DNA of 64,000 bases from Candidatus Eiseniibacteriota bacterium (lineage in GTDB: Bacteria > Eisenbacteria > RBG-16-71-46): contig JBGAML010000013.1 of the NCBI GenBank assembly GCA_044223005.1, forward strand, positions 32,001-96,000, written 5' to 3'. Of the stretch, positions 19,759 to 28,880 are shown piece by piece. Position 1 is the stretch's first letter, and every line of letters begins with the position of its first letter. A program made the position numbers and the translations under genes. The notes below the pieces were generated by a model that had not been told where the DNA came from, searched no databases, and saw only the letters and a program-made list of their open reading frames with translations.

Positions 19759-21069
19759 ATGCAGCGCACCATCGCAGGACCGGTGACCATCGAAGGCGTG
19801 GGACTGCACACGGGGGAGCCGGGCACGATGACCTTTTCGCCCGCACCCGTGGGACACGGCGTGCGCTTCGTGCGCGTCGACCTGCCGGGCAACCCCGAAG
19901 TGCAGGTGCGCCCGGAGAACGCGCACTTCGATCCCGACGCGGGCCGCCGCACGATCCTCCAGCAGGACGGCGTGCAGATCCACACCATGGAGCACGTGCT
20001 GTCGGCGATCGCGGGCCTGCGGATCGACAACCTGCGGATCGAGGTGAGCCGCATGGAGGTGCCGGAAGGCCACGACGGCAGCGCGGCACCGATCGCGCGG
20101 GCGCTGATGAGCGCCGGCATCGTCGACCAGGACCGCCCGGTGCGCCACATCAAGGTCACGCGCCCCGTGCAGTGGTCCGAGAACGGCGTCGAACTGAGCG
20201 CGGTGCCCTACCAGGGCTTCAAGATCACGTTCACGATCGACTACGACCACGCGCTGATCGGCACGCAGACCGTGTCGTTCGACCTCGACCCCGAGAAGTA
20301 CCTCGAGCAGGTCGCGCCCGCGCGCACGTTCGTGCTCGAGCGCGACCTCGAGCTGCTGCGGCAGGCGGGCTGGATCAAGGGCGGCCGGCTCGAGAGCGCC
20401 ATCGTCGTCGGCAAGGATCGGATCCTCAACGAGGAGCCGCTGCGGTTCCCGGACGAGTTCGTGCGCCACAAGGTGCTCGACCTGCTCGGCGACCTGTTCA
20501 TCCTCGGTGGCCCGCTGCTCGGGCACGTGACGGCGCGCCGCTCGGGGCACCAGGGGCACGTCGCGTTCGTCAAGAAGCTCAAGGAGACGCTGCCGCTGCC
20601 GGGCCGCCGTGAAGGCGGACCGCCGGACGAGTGGGACATCACCGCGATCATGGACATCATGCCCCACCGGTATCCGTTCCTGCTCGTGGACCGGATCACG
20701 GCGCTGGAAGAGGGCAAGTCGATCGCGGGCTACAAGAACGTCACCATCAACGAGCCGTTCTTCAACGGGCACTTTCCCGGCCATCCGATCATGCCCGCCG
20801 TGCTGATCGTCGAGGCGATGGCGCAGGTGGGCGGGCTGCTGCTGCTGAACTCGGTCGAGGATCCCAACGACAAGCTGATGTACTTCATGGGCATCGACGG
20901 CGCGAAGTTCCGCCGCCCGGTGACGCCCGGCGACAAGCTCGAGTTCAAGCTCACGCTGCTCAAGGTGAAGAAGAGCACGAGCCGCATGCGCGGCGAGGCG
21001 TACGTCGACGGCAAGCTCGTCGCCGAGGCCGAGCTGATGGCGGCGATCGTGGACCGGCGGCCCTCGTGA
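19759..21069 (+). CDS. lpxC-fabZ: bifunctional LpxC deacetylase / FabZ dehydratase fusion
   Basis: QRTI..GVGLHTG, TMEH, APARTF, LRFPDEFVRHKVLD, then PHRYPFLLVDRI and FNGHFPGHPIMP. Confidence 0.95.
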   Translation: MQRTIAGPVTIEGVGLHTGEPGTMTFSPAPVGHGVRFVRVDLPGNPEVQVRPENAHFDPDAGRRTILQQDGVQIHTMEHVLSAIAGLRIDNLRIEVSRMEVPEGHDGSAAPIARALMSAGIVDQDRPVRHIKVTRPVQWSENGVELSAVPYQGFKITFTIDYDHALIGTQTVSFDLDPEKYLEQVAPARTFVLERDLELLRQAGWIKGGRLESAIVVGKDRILNEEPLRFPDEFVRHKVLDLLGDLFILGGPLLGHVTARRSGHQGHVAFVKKLKETLPLPGRREGGPPDEWDITAIMDIMPHRYPFLLVDRITALEEGKSIAGYKNVTINEPFFNGHFPGHPIMPAVLIVEAMAQVGGLLLLNSVEDPNDKLMYFMGIDGAKFRRPVTPGDKLEFKLTLLKVKKSTSRMRGEAYVDGKLVAEAELMAAIVDRRPS

Positions 21070-21842
21070 GCGTGCGGATCCATCCCGCCGCCCACGTCGA
21101 CCCGGCGGCGCGCCTCGGCGTGGACGTCGTCGTGGGGCCCGGTGCGGTGATCGGGCCCGACGTGACGGTGGGCGATCGCGTGCGCGTGGACGCGCACGTG
21201 CTGCTCACCGGTTGGACCACGATCGGCGCGGACTGCCACCTGCACCATGGCGCCGTGCTCGGGTCGCCGCCGCAGGACCTCAAGTACCTGGCGCAGCCGT
21301 CCTACCTCGTCGTGGGCGAGCGCACGGTCTGCCGCGAGTACATGACCGCCAATCTCGCGACCGAGCCCGGTTTCACGACGCGCATCGGCAGCGATTGCCT
21401 GCTCATGGCGTACTCGCACGTGGCTCACAACTGCCAGCTCGGCGATCGCGTGATCGTCGCGAACGCGGTGCAGATGGCGGGCTACGTCGTGGTGGACGAC
21501 TGGGCGATCGTCGGCGGCGGCACGGTCGTGCACCAGTTCACGCGCATCGGCCGGCACTCCATGATCGGTGGCGGTTCGCGCATCCCGCAGGACGTGGCGC
21601 CGTTCGTCAAGATCGCGGGCAGCCCGCCCCGCAACGCGGGCATCAACGCCATCGGCCTCGAACGCCGCGGAGTGCCCGCGGACGTGCGCGAGGCCCTCCA
21701 GGGCGCGTACCGGATCTACTTCCGCGACGGGCTGACGTCGGGCCGTGCGGTGGAGGCGATCCGGGCCCGCTATCCGGGGATCCCGGAGGTCGAGCACTTC
21801 GCGCGCTTCTGCGAGACGTCGGTGCGAGGCATCTCGCGCTGA
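21066..21842 (+). CDS. lpxA: acyl-ACP--UDP-N-acetylglucosamine acyltransferase
   Basis: IHPAA.V hexapeptide repeats, PQDLKY, LMAYSHVAHNC, VHQFTRIG, GINAIGLERRG. Confidence 0.95.
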   Translation: MSVRIHPAAHVDPAARLGVDVVVGPGAVIGPDVTVGDRVRVDAHVLLTGWTTIGADCHLHHGAVLGSPPQDLKYLAQPSYLVVGERTVCREYMTANLATEPGFTTRIGSDCLLMAYSHVAHNCQLGDRVIVANAVQMAGYVVVDDWAIVGGGTVVHQFTRIGRHSMIGGGSRIPQDVAPFVKIAGSPPRNAGINAIGLERRGVPADVREALQGAYRIYFRDGLTSGRAVEAIRARYPGIPEVEHFARFCETSVRGISR

Positions 21843-21853
21843 AGGAGGTCGTC

Positions 21854-22837
21854 GTGGAGCCGGTCCGCTGTGGTGTGTGGGGAGTCGGGGTCTGGGGCGA
21901 GAAGCACGCGCGCGTGTACGGCACGCTCGCCGAGACGACGCTGGTCGGCGTGTACGACCGCTCGCCCGAGCGCGCGAAGGCGATCGCCGCGCAGTACGGC
22001 ACGCGGGCCTTCGAGACGCCGCAGGCGCTGCTCGCCGAGTGCGAGGCGGTGAGCGTCGCGGTGCCGACGGTGGCGCATCGCGAGGCGACGGAGCAGGCGC
22101 TCGCGGCCGGCTGCCACGTGCTGGTCGAGAAGCCGATGGCCGTCACGGTGGCCGAGTGCGACGCCATGATCGCCGCCGCCGTGCGGGCGAACCGCGTGCT
22201 GCAGGTGGGGCAGGTCGAGCGCTTCAACCCGGCGCTGCTCGCGGCGAGGCCGTTCGTCGGGAGCCCGAAGTTCATCGAGGGGCACCGCATGGCACCCTTC
22301 CAGCCGCGCTCGCTGGACATCGACGTCGTGGGTGATCTCATGATCCATGACATCGATGCCGTGCTGCACGTGACCGGCCGCACGCCCGAGCAGATCTCGG
22401 GTGTCGGCGTGGCGGTGCTCTCGAGCAACGAGGACATCGCGAACGCACGGCTCGAGTTCGCGGATGGCTGCGTCGCGAACCTGACCGCGAGCCGCGTGTC
22501 GGTCGAGCGGCTGCGGCGGCTGCGCTTCTTCACGGGCAACTCGTACGTCTCGGTGGACCTGTTCGAGAAGTCCGGCGAGGCGTTCGTGATCAAGGATCCG
22601 GGCTCCTTCCGGCCCGGGCAGGTGGACCCGCTCGCGCTGCTCGCGGGCATCCAGCGCACGAAGCTCGGGGTCGAGGCGGGAGAGCCGCTGACGCTGGAGC
22701 TGCAGGCGTTCGCCCGCTCGCTGCGGGGCCAGGGCGACGGCGCCGCGTCCGCGCGCGCCGGCCGGGACGCGCTCTACGTCGCCGAGGAAGTCCGCGAGGC
22801 CATGCGGCGCCGGGCGCTGCAGTGGTCCACACCCTGA
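21854..22837 (+). CDS. Gfo/Idh/MocA NAD-dependent oxidoreductase, GnnA-like (UDP-GlcNAc 3-dehydrogenase)
   Basis: GVGVWG Rossmann motif, HVLVEKP, ERFNPA, DVV.DLMIHDID, DIANARLEF..GCVANLTASRVS; located between lpxA and lpxB. Confidence 0.8.
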   Translation: MEPVRCGVWGVGVWGEKHARVYGTLAETTLVGVYDRSPERAKAIAAQYGTRAFETPQALLAECEAVSVAVPTVAHREATEQALAAGCHVLVEKPMAVTVAECDAMIAAAVRANRVLQVGQVERFNPALLAARPFVGSPKFIEGHRMAPFQPRSLDIDVVGDLMIHDIDAVLHVTGRTPEQISGVGVAVLSSNEDIANARLEFADGCVANLTASRVSVERLRRLRFFTGNSYVSVDLFEKSGEAFVIKDPGSFRPGQVDPLALLAGIQRTKLGVEAGEPLTLELQAFARSLRGQGDGAASARAGRDALYVAEEVREAMRRRALQWSTP

Positions 22838-23982
22838 CGGGTCCGTCGGCCTACGCGCCCGGGGTGCGCCGCATCCTGGTCGTGGCCGGCGAGCCCTCGG
22901 GCGACCTGCACGCCGCGCGGCTCGTCCGGGCGGTGCGCGCGCTCGGTCCGTGCGACGTGCGCGGCGTGGCCGGGCCGCGCATGCGCGCCGAGGGCGTCGA
23001 GGCGATCGTGCCGCAGGAGGACCTCGCGGTGATCGGCTTCAGCGGCATCCTCGCGCGACTGCCGCAGCTGCTCGGCGCGCGCCGGACGCTGCTGCGCGCC
23101 CAGGAGTACTGGCGGCCCGACGCGGTGGTGCTGGTCGACTACCCGGGCTTCAACCTGCGGCTCGGGCCGCAGCTCAAGGCGCGCGGTGCGAAGGTGTTCT
23201 ACTACATCGGCCCGCAGGTCTGGGCGTGGCACGCCGAACGCGCCGGGCAGATGGCCGCGTGGGTGGACCGGCTCGCGGTGGTGTTCCCGTTCGAGGAGAC
23301 GATCTTCCGCGACGCCGGCGTGCCGACGACGTTCGTCGGTCATCCACTGCTGGACGAGCTGGAACCCGAGACGGACGAGGCGGAGTTCCGGCGCGAGCGG
23401 GAGATCGCCGCGGACGCGCCGATCGTCGGTCTGCTGCCGGGCAGCCGCCGGGGCGAGTTGGCGCATCACGGTACGATCCTGCTCGAGGCGGCACGGCTGC
23501 TGCGGCGCGAGCACCCGCGCGCCGTGCCGGTGCTGGCGCTGGCGGAGGGATTGGACGCGTCGGCGCTGCCGGCGGCGCTCGTCGAGGGCGTGCACGTCGT
23601 GCGCGGCCGCACGCGCGCCGTGCAGCGGTGGGCGGCGTGCTGTGCGGTGGCCTCCGGCACGGCCACGCTCGAGACGGCGCTCTTCGGGACGCCGCTCGTG
23701 GTCTGCTACCGCGTCGGCTGGCTCAACTACGCGATCGCCCGTCGCGTCGTGAAGCTGCCGCACATCGGGCTGCCGAACATCGTCGCCGGGCGCGAAGTCG
23801 CGCCGGAACTGATCCAGGACGCCCTCACGCCGGCCGCGCTGGCCGCGACGCTGGGCGCGTGGCTCGCGGACCCGGCCGCGCTCGCGCGGCAGCGCGCGGG
23901 GCTCGCCGTGGTGCGCGAGCGCCTCGGCGGCCCGGGCGCATCGGAGCGCGCGGCGCAGGCGCTCGTGGAGCTGTGCGCGTGA
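22822..23982 (+). CDS. lpxB: lipid-A-disaccharide synthase
   Basis: VAGEPSGDLH, VDYPGFN, PQVWAW, FPFE, VGHPL, LPGSR, ASGTATLE, LPNI, PELIQ (exact start uncertain). Confidence 0.95.
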   Translation: MVHTLTGPSAYAPGVRRILVVAGEPSGDLHAARLVRAVRALGPCDVRGVAGPRMRAEGVEAIVPQEDLAVIGFSGILARLPQLLGARRTLLRAQEYWRPDAVVLVDYPGFNLRLGPQLKARGAKVFYYIGPQVWAWHAERAGQMAAWVDRLAVVFPFEETIFRDAGVPTTFVGHPLLDELEPETDEAEFRREREIAADAPIVGLLPGSRRGELAHHGTILLEAARLLRREHPRAVPVLALAEGLDASALPAALVEGVHVVRGRTRAVQRWAACCAVASGTATLETALFGTPLVVCYRVGWLNYAIARRVVKLPHIGLPNIVAGREVAPELIQDALTPAALAATLGAWLADPAALARQRAGLAVVRERLGGPGASERAAQALVELCA

Positions 23983-24629
23983 GCGCGGCGCGCTACCCGT
24001 GGTGGATGGAGCCGGCCGCGGCGCTGGGGGCGCTGCTCGTGCGGCTGCTCGGTTCCACCTGGCGCGTGCGCGACGTGCGCCCGCCCCAGTACGCCGACGC
24101 CGTGGCCGCGGGCGAGCGGTTCGTCTACTGCTTCTGGCACGCGCGGCTGCTGCCGCTCGTGCACCTGCGGCGCGGCGAGCGGATCTGCGTGCTCGTGTCG
24201 CGGCACCGCGACGGCCAGCTGATCACGCGCATCATCGAGCACGTGGGCTTCACGAGCGCGCGCGGCTCGAGCACGCGCGGGGGCGAGGCCGGTGTGCGCG
24301 AGCTGCTCGCCGCGGCGGCCGACGGCCGCGACCTCGCGATCACGCCGGACGGACCGCGCGGGCCGGCCGAGGAGGTGAAGGACGGCCTGGCGTTCGTGGC
24401 GGCGCGCGTGGGGCTGCGCGTGGTGCCGATCGCCACCTCCGCACGCGCGTCGTGGGTCTTCCGGTCCTGGGACCGCTTCCGGGTGCCGAAGCCGTTCGCG
24501 ACGGTGCACGTGCACTACGGCGAGCCGATCCGCGTCACGACCGTCGACGAAGCGATGCGCACGACCCTGGAGCAGTCGCTGCGCGAGCTCACCGCCAGGG
24601 CCGACGCCGCCGCGGGGGTGACGCGATGA
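23979..24629 (+). CDS. DUF374 lysophospholipid-acyltransferase family protein (LpxJ-like late acyltransferase candidate)
   Basis: FWHARL, VSRHRDG, RGSSTRGG, ITPDGPRGP, SWDRFRVPKPF. Confidence 0.85.
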   Translation: MSAARYPWWMEPAAALGALLVRLLGSTWRVRDVRPPQYADAVAAGERFVYCFWHARLLPLVHLRRGERICVLVSRHRDGQLITRIIEHVGFTSARGSSTRGGEAGVRELLAAAADGRDLAITPDGPRGPAEEVKDGLAFVAARVGLRVVPIATSARASWVFRSWDRFRVPKPFATVHVHYGEPIRVTTVDEAMRTTLEQSLRELTARADAAAGVTR

Positions 24630-25873
24630 GCCTGCTCTGGAACGCCTACCGCGTGTTCGCGCCCGTCCTGGGTGCCGTCGCGCCGGCCGGCGGGATCTTC
24701 GTTTCGCCGAACGAGCGCACGTTCTGGCTGGAGCGGCTCGGCGAGGTGACGCTGCCGGGCGGCTGCGACGCGTGGGTGCACGCCGCCTCGCTGGGCGAAG
24801 CGTCGGCGGTGCCGCCCTTCCTCCGCGAGCTCGACGCCGTGCGACCCGCTGCGCGCTTCTGGCTCACCGCGACCTCGCGCACGGGCCGCGCCGCGCTCGC
24901 GGCGCACGGCCGCCCGCATTCGCTCGCGCCCATCGATTCCCCGCAGGCGACGCGCCGCTTCCTGGAGGGCGTACAGCCGCAGCGGATGTTCCTGATCGAG
25001 ACCGAGCTGTGGCCGCACTGGCTGCTGCGCGCGCGTGCGGAGGGACTGCCGGTCGCGGTCGTCAGCGCGCGATTGAGCGAGCGCTCGGTCGCGCGCTACC
25101 GCCGGCTCGGTCCCGGGCTCCGCGACCTCGTCGGCGGGCTGGGCGCCGTGCTCTGCCAGGGCGAGGACGACCATCGCCGCTGGCTGGCGATCGGCGCGCC
25201 GCCCGAACGCACCCGTGTCGTGGGCAACCTGAAGAGCGACGGCCTGCCGCACCCGGCGCCGGATCGCGCCGCGGCGCGCGCGGAGGCGGGCCTCGACCCG
25301 GCGCGGCCGCTGCTCGTGCTCGGCAGCCTGCGCCCCGGGGAGGCGTTCGCGCTCGGTCGCGCGTGGCTCGGCCTGCCCGAGGCGACGCGCCGCCGCTGGC
25401 AGGTGGTCGCGGTGCCGCGGCACCCGCGCGCGTCGGACGAACTTCGCGCCGAGGCCGCGCAGGCGGGCGTCGAGGTGGCGAGCGGCGACCCCGTGCCGGG
25501 AGCGTGGCGGTGGGACGACCGGACCGGCGTGCTGGTCGGCTGGTATCGCGCGGCGGACGTGGCGTTCGTGGGCGGGAGCGTTGCGCGCTACGGCGGCCAC
25601 AATCCGCTCGAGCCGGCCGCGTGCGGCGCAGCCGTGCTCATGGGCCCGCACCACGCGTCGCAGCGCGACGGCGTGCGCGCGCTGCAGGCCGCCGGCGCCA
25701 TCCGCGTCGGCGCCGCGGGCGCGTCGCTGCAGTCGGCGCTGCGCGAGCTGCTCGAGGACGAGGACGTGCGGGCCCGCGCCGCATCGGCCGCGCGCGAGGT
25801 GGCGCAAAGCCAGCGCGGCGCTGCGGCGCGGGCGGTCGCGAGCCTCGTGGAGCTCGGGCTGTGGTCCGCGTGA
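24626..25873 (+). CDS. waaA: 3-deoxy-D-manno-octulosonic acid transferase
   Basis: WVHAASLGE, TSRTG, ETELWP, ARLSERS, GNLK.D, VPRHP, AFVGGS...GGHNPLEPA. Confidence 0.92.
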   Translation: MSLLWNAYRVFAPVLGAVAPAGGIFVSPNERTFWLERLGEVTLPGGCDAWVHAASLGEASAVPPFLRELDAVRPAARFWLTATSRTGRAALAAHGRPHSLAPIDSPQATRRFLEGVQPQRMFLIETELWPHWLLRARAEGLPVAVVSARLSERSVARYRRLGPGLRDLVGGLGAVLCQGEDDHRRWLAIGAPPERTRVVGNLKSDGLPHPAPDRAAARAEAGLDPARPLLVLGSLRPGEAFALGRAWLGLPEATRRRWQVVAVPRHPRASDELRAEAAQAGVEVASGDPVPGAWRWDDRTGVLVGWYRAADVAFVGGSVARYGGHNPLEPAACGAAVLMGPHHASQRDGVRALQAAGAIRVGAAGASLQSALRELLEDEDVRARAASAAREVAQSQRGAAARAVASLVELGLWSA

Positions 25874-26820
25874 GTTTGCGCCTGCTCGCGCCGCTCGCCG
25901 CGCTCTACGGCTGGGCGTGGGAGCAGCGCCGCGAGCGGTACGCGCGCGGCGCCGCGCGTCAGGAGTCGGTGCCGGCGCGCGTGGTGAGCCTCGGCAACCT
26001 GACCGTCGGCGGCACCGGCAAGACGACGCTCGCGCTGGCGCTCGCGGCGGCGGCGCGGGCGCGGGGAGTCGACGTCGCGGTGGCCTGCCGCCGCTACCAC
26101 CCCGGACCGCAGGGACACGGCGACGAGGAACTGCTCTATCGCGCGGCGCTGGGCGAGGCGCGCACGTTCGCGGGCCGGCGCAAGCTCGAGCTCGCGCGGG
26201 CCGCGGCGGCGGCCGGCGCGAAGCTCGTGCTGGTGGACGACGGCTTCTCGCACTGGCCTCTCGCGCGCGACCTGGACGTGGTGCTGCTCGACGCGAGTGA
26301 CCTCTGGGGCGGCGGAGCCCTGCTGCCCGCGGGCCGGCTGCGCGAGCCGCGGCGCGCGCTGCAGCGGGCGCAGGTGCTGGTGCTCTCGCGGCTCGAAGCG
26401 GGGCGCGATCCCGCGCCGCTGTTCGCGGAGGTGCGGCCCTTCGCGCCCGCGGCGCTCCTCGCCGCCGGGCGTCACCGGCTGACCGGCGTGCTCGATCCGG
26501 AGGGCCGGCCCGTGCGCGTGGCCGGGCCGGTGCACGTGGTGACGGCGACGGGCAACCCGGACGCCGTGGCTCGCAGCGCCGCCGAGGCCGGTTTCGGCCC
26601 GGTCACCTTGCGCGCCTATCGCGACCACCACTGGTTCTCGCGGGCGGAGGCCGCGCGAGAGGCGGAAGCCGCCGGGGGAGCGACGTTGCTCGTCACGCCG
26701 AAGGATGCCGTACGCTGGCCGGCGGACGCGCCGCGGCGGCCGCACGTGCTGGGGGTCGAGTGGGCGTGGGTCGCGGGCGGCGAGGCCGTCGAGCGGCGGG
26801 TGTTCGGCGAAGGAGCCTGA
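25870..26820 (+). CDS. lpxK: tetraacyldisaccharide 4'-kinase
   Basis: VSLGNLTVGGTGKT, GDE, DDGFSH..L.RD, LLPAGRLRE, DHH, VTPKDAV. Confidence 0.92.
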   Translation: MSLRLLAPLAALYGWAWEQRRERYARGAARQESVPARVVSLGNLTVGGTGKTTLALALAAAARARGVDVAVACRRYHPGPQGHGDEELLYRAALGEARTFAGRRKLELARAAAAAGAKLVLVDDGFSHWPLARDLDVVLLDASDLWGGGALLPAGRLREPRRALQRAQVLVLSRLEAGRDPAPLFAEVRPFAPAALLAAGRHRLTGVLDPEGRPVRVAGPVHVVTATGNPDAVARSAAEAGFGPVTLRAYRDHHWFSRAEAAREAEAAGGATLLVTPKDAVRWPADAPRRPHVLGVEWAWVAGGEAVERRVFGEGA

Positions 26821-28461
26821 ATGATCACGGAGACGGACGTCCTCGTGCTGGGTAGCGGCATCGGCGGGCTCATGCTCGCGCTCAAGGCCGCGCGGTTCGG
26901 CGACGTGGTGGTGATGACGAAGAAGGGTGCCGACGATTCGAGCACCAACTGGGCGCAGGGTGGCATCGCGGCCGTGTTCGACCGCCGCGACAGCTTCCGC
27001 AACCACGTCGCGGACACGCTGACGTGCGGCGCCGGGCTCTCGGATCGCGCCGTCGTCGAGGCCATCGTGCGCGAGGCGCCGGACCGCGTGGAGGAACTGG
27101 CGCGGCTCGGCGTGGCGTTCAACCGGCGCTCGACCACGTTCGACCTCGGGCGCGAGGGCGGGCATTCGCATCGCCGCATCGTGCACGCGTCGGACCTCAC
27201 GGGGCACGCGATCGAGCAGACGCTGCTCGCGCGCGTGCGCTCGCACCCGCGCATCCGGCTGGTCGAGGGCCAGCTCGCCGTCGATCTCATCCTCGATTCG
27301 CGCCTGGGCGGGCGGCGGCCGGCCGCGCCGCGCGACGCCTGCTGGGGCGCCTACGTCATGGACCGGCGCACCGGGCGGATCCGCCCCGTGAGCGCGCGCG
27401 TGACCGTGCTGGCGACCGGCGGCTGCGGCAAGGTCTACCTCTACACGAGCAACCCCGACGTCGCGACGGGCGACGGCATCGCCATGGCCTACCGTGCGGG
27501 CGCGCCCGTCGAGAGCATGGAGTTCGTGCAGTTCCACCCGACGGTGCTGTTCCACCCGGCGGCGCGCACGTTCCTGATCAGCGAGGCCGTGCGCGGCGAG
27601 GGCGCGGTGCTGCGCACGCTCGACGGCAACCGGTTCATGCCGCGCGTCCATCCGCTCGCCGAACTCGCGCCCCGTGACGTCGTGGCGCGCGCGATCGACC
27701 GCGAGATGAAGCGGCGCGGCGACGCGCACGTCTGGCTCGACATCACGCACCTGCCCGCGAGCCGCGTGCGGCAGCGATTCCCGAACATCGACGCGCAGCT
27801 GCGCGCGCTCGGGATCGACATGACGCGCGATCCGATCCCGGTCGTGCCCGCGGCGCACTACATGTGCGGGGGCGTCCGCGCGACGCTCTCGGGCCGGACG
27901 CCGATCGCGGGGCTGCTCGCGATCGGTGAGGTGGCCTGCACCGGCCTGCACGGCGCCAACCGGCTCGCGAGCAACTCGCTGCTCGAGGCGCTGGTGGGAG
28001 CGCATCACGCGGCCGACGAGATCGCGGCCCGGCTCGCCGTGGCGAAGAAGCCGCGGCCGGCGGCACCGTGGCGCACGCGCGGCACGCGGCCGCCGCAGGA
28101 AACGGTGGTGGTGCACCACAACTGGGACACCGTGCGGCGCGTGATGTGGGACCTCGTCGGCATCGTGCGCACGGACGAGCGTCTCGCCTTCGCGGCGCGC
28201 CGGCTGGCGCTGCTGCGCGAGGAGATCGAGCGCGACTACGACCGGCTGCGGCTGTCGCCCGACCTGATCGAGCTGCGCAACATCGCCCTGGTGGGCAGCC
28301 TGATCGTCGCCTGTGCCCAGCGCCGCAAGGAGAGCCGCGGCCTGCACTACACGCTCGATCACCTCAAGCGGAGCCCGGCGTTCGGGAAGCGGACGATGCG
28401 GCTGCGGCGTCCCGCCGCGGGCCGGCCCCCGCTTGTGCCCGGTTCTCCGGGCGACCTATAG
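26821..28461 (+). CDS. nadB: L-aspartate oxidase
   Basis: GSGIGG FAD motif, WAQGGIA, REGGHSHRRI, FVQFHPT, SEAVRGEG, AAHYMCGG, GLHGANRLASNSLLE, ESRGLHY. Confidence 0.96.
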   Translation: MITETDVLVLGSGIGGLMLALKAARFGDVVVMTKKGADDSSTNWAQGGIAAVFDRRDSFRNHVADTLTCGAGLSDRAVVEAIVREAPDRVEELARLGVAFNRRSTTFDLGREGGHSHRRIVHASDLTGHAIEQTLLARVRSHPRIRLVEGQLAVDLILDSRLGGRRPAAPRDACWGAYVMDRRTGRIRPVSARVTVLATGGCGKVYLYTSNPDVATGDGIAMAYRAGAPVESMEFVQFHPTVLFHPAARTFLISEAVRGEGAVLRTLDGNRFMPRVHPLAELAPRDVVARAIDREMKRRGDAHVWLDITHLPASRVRQRFPNIDAQLRALGIDMTRDPIPVVPAAHYMCGGVRATLSGRTPIAGLLAIGEVACTGLHGANRLASNSLLEALVGAHHAADEIAARLAVAKKPRPAAPWRTRGTRPPQETVVVHHNWDTVRRVMWDLVGIVRTDERLAFAARRLALLREEIERDYDRLRLSPDLIELRNIALVGSLIVACAQRRKESRGLHYTLDHLKRSPAFGKRTMRLRRPAAGRPPLVPGSPGDL

Positions 28462-28462
28462 T
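28433..28462 (+). promoter_or_regulatory. candidate internal promoter at the nadB 3' end (near-leaderless start of the next gene)
   Basis: TTGTGC-18 bp-TATAGT; ATG at 28472 is 9 nt downstream with no Shine-Dalgarno. Confidence 0.5.
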
Positions 28463-28471
28463 CGGCGGCTG

Positions 28472-28876
28472 ATGAGCGGCGAAACGGCCTTCTGGGACGC
28501 GGTCGACGCGTTGCGCTCGCGCCGGCGGCGCTACGCGCGCGAGGCGTACGCATTCGTGGTGGGCTCGCTCACGGCCACGGTCCAGGCCCTGCCGGCGGAG
28601 CGCCGGGACGACCCGCAGGCGCGGCACCTCTCGGGCCGCGAACTCGTCGCCGGTCTGGTGCGGCTCGCGCGGCAGGAGTTCGGCACGATGGCCCCGATGG
28701 TGTTCCGCGAGTGGGGCGTGACGAGCGGCGAGGACGTGGGCGAGATCGTGTTCGAGCTCGTGGGCTGCGGCCAGCTCTCGGCCCGCCCCGAGGACACGAT
28801 GGACGACTTCCGCGGCGGCCCCGACCTGCTCGCGGCGCTCGCGACCGAGCTGCCTCCGGGCCCGCGGCCGGCCTGA
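28472..28876 (+). CDS. small conserved protein resembling the Minf_1886 family
   Basis: RY.REAY.FV, RHLSGREL, ARQEFG.MA..VF.EWGV, EDVGEIVFELV, EDT.DDF pattern (family assignment from recall). Confidence 0.75.
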   Translation: MSGETAFWDAVDALRSRRRRYAREAYAFVVGSLTATVQALPAERRDDPQARHLSGRELVAGLVRLARQEFGTMAPMVFREWGVTSGEDVGEIVFELVGCGQLSARPEDTMDDFRGGPDLLAALATELPPGPRPA

Positions 28877-28880
28877 CCGC

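Noticed and set aside
19759..21069. lpxC-fabZ fusion as a novelty
   Set aside because: Well-known architecture in Bacteroidota/Chlorobiota and related lineages; useful only as a taxonomic hint.
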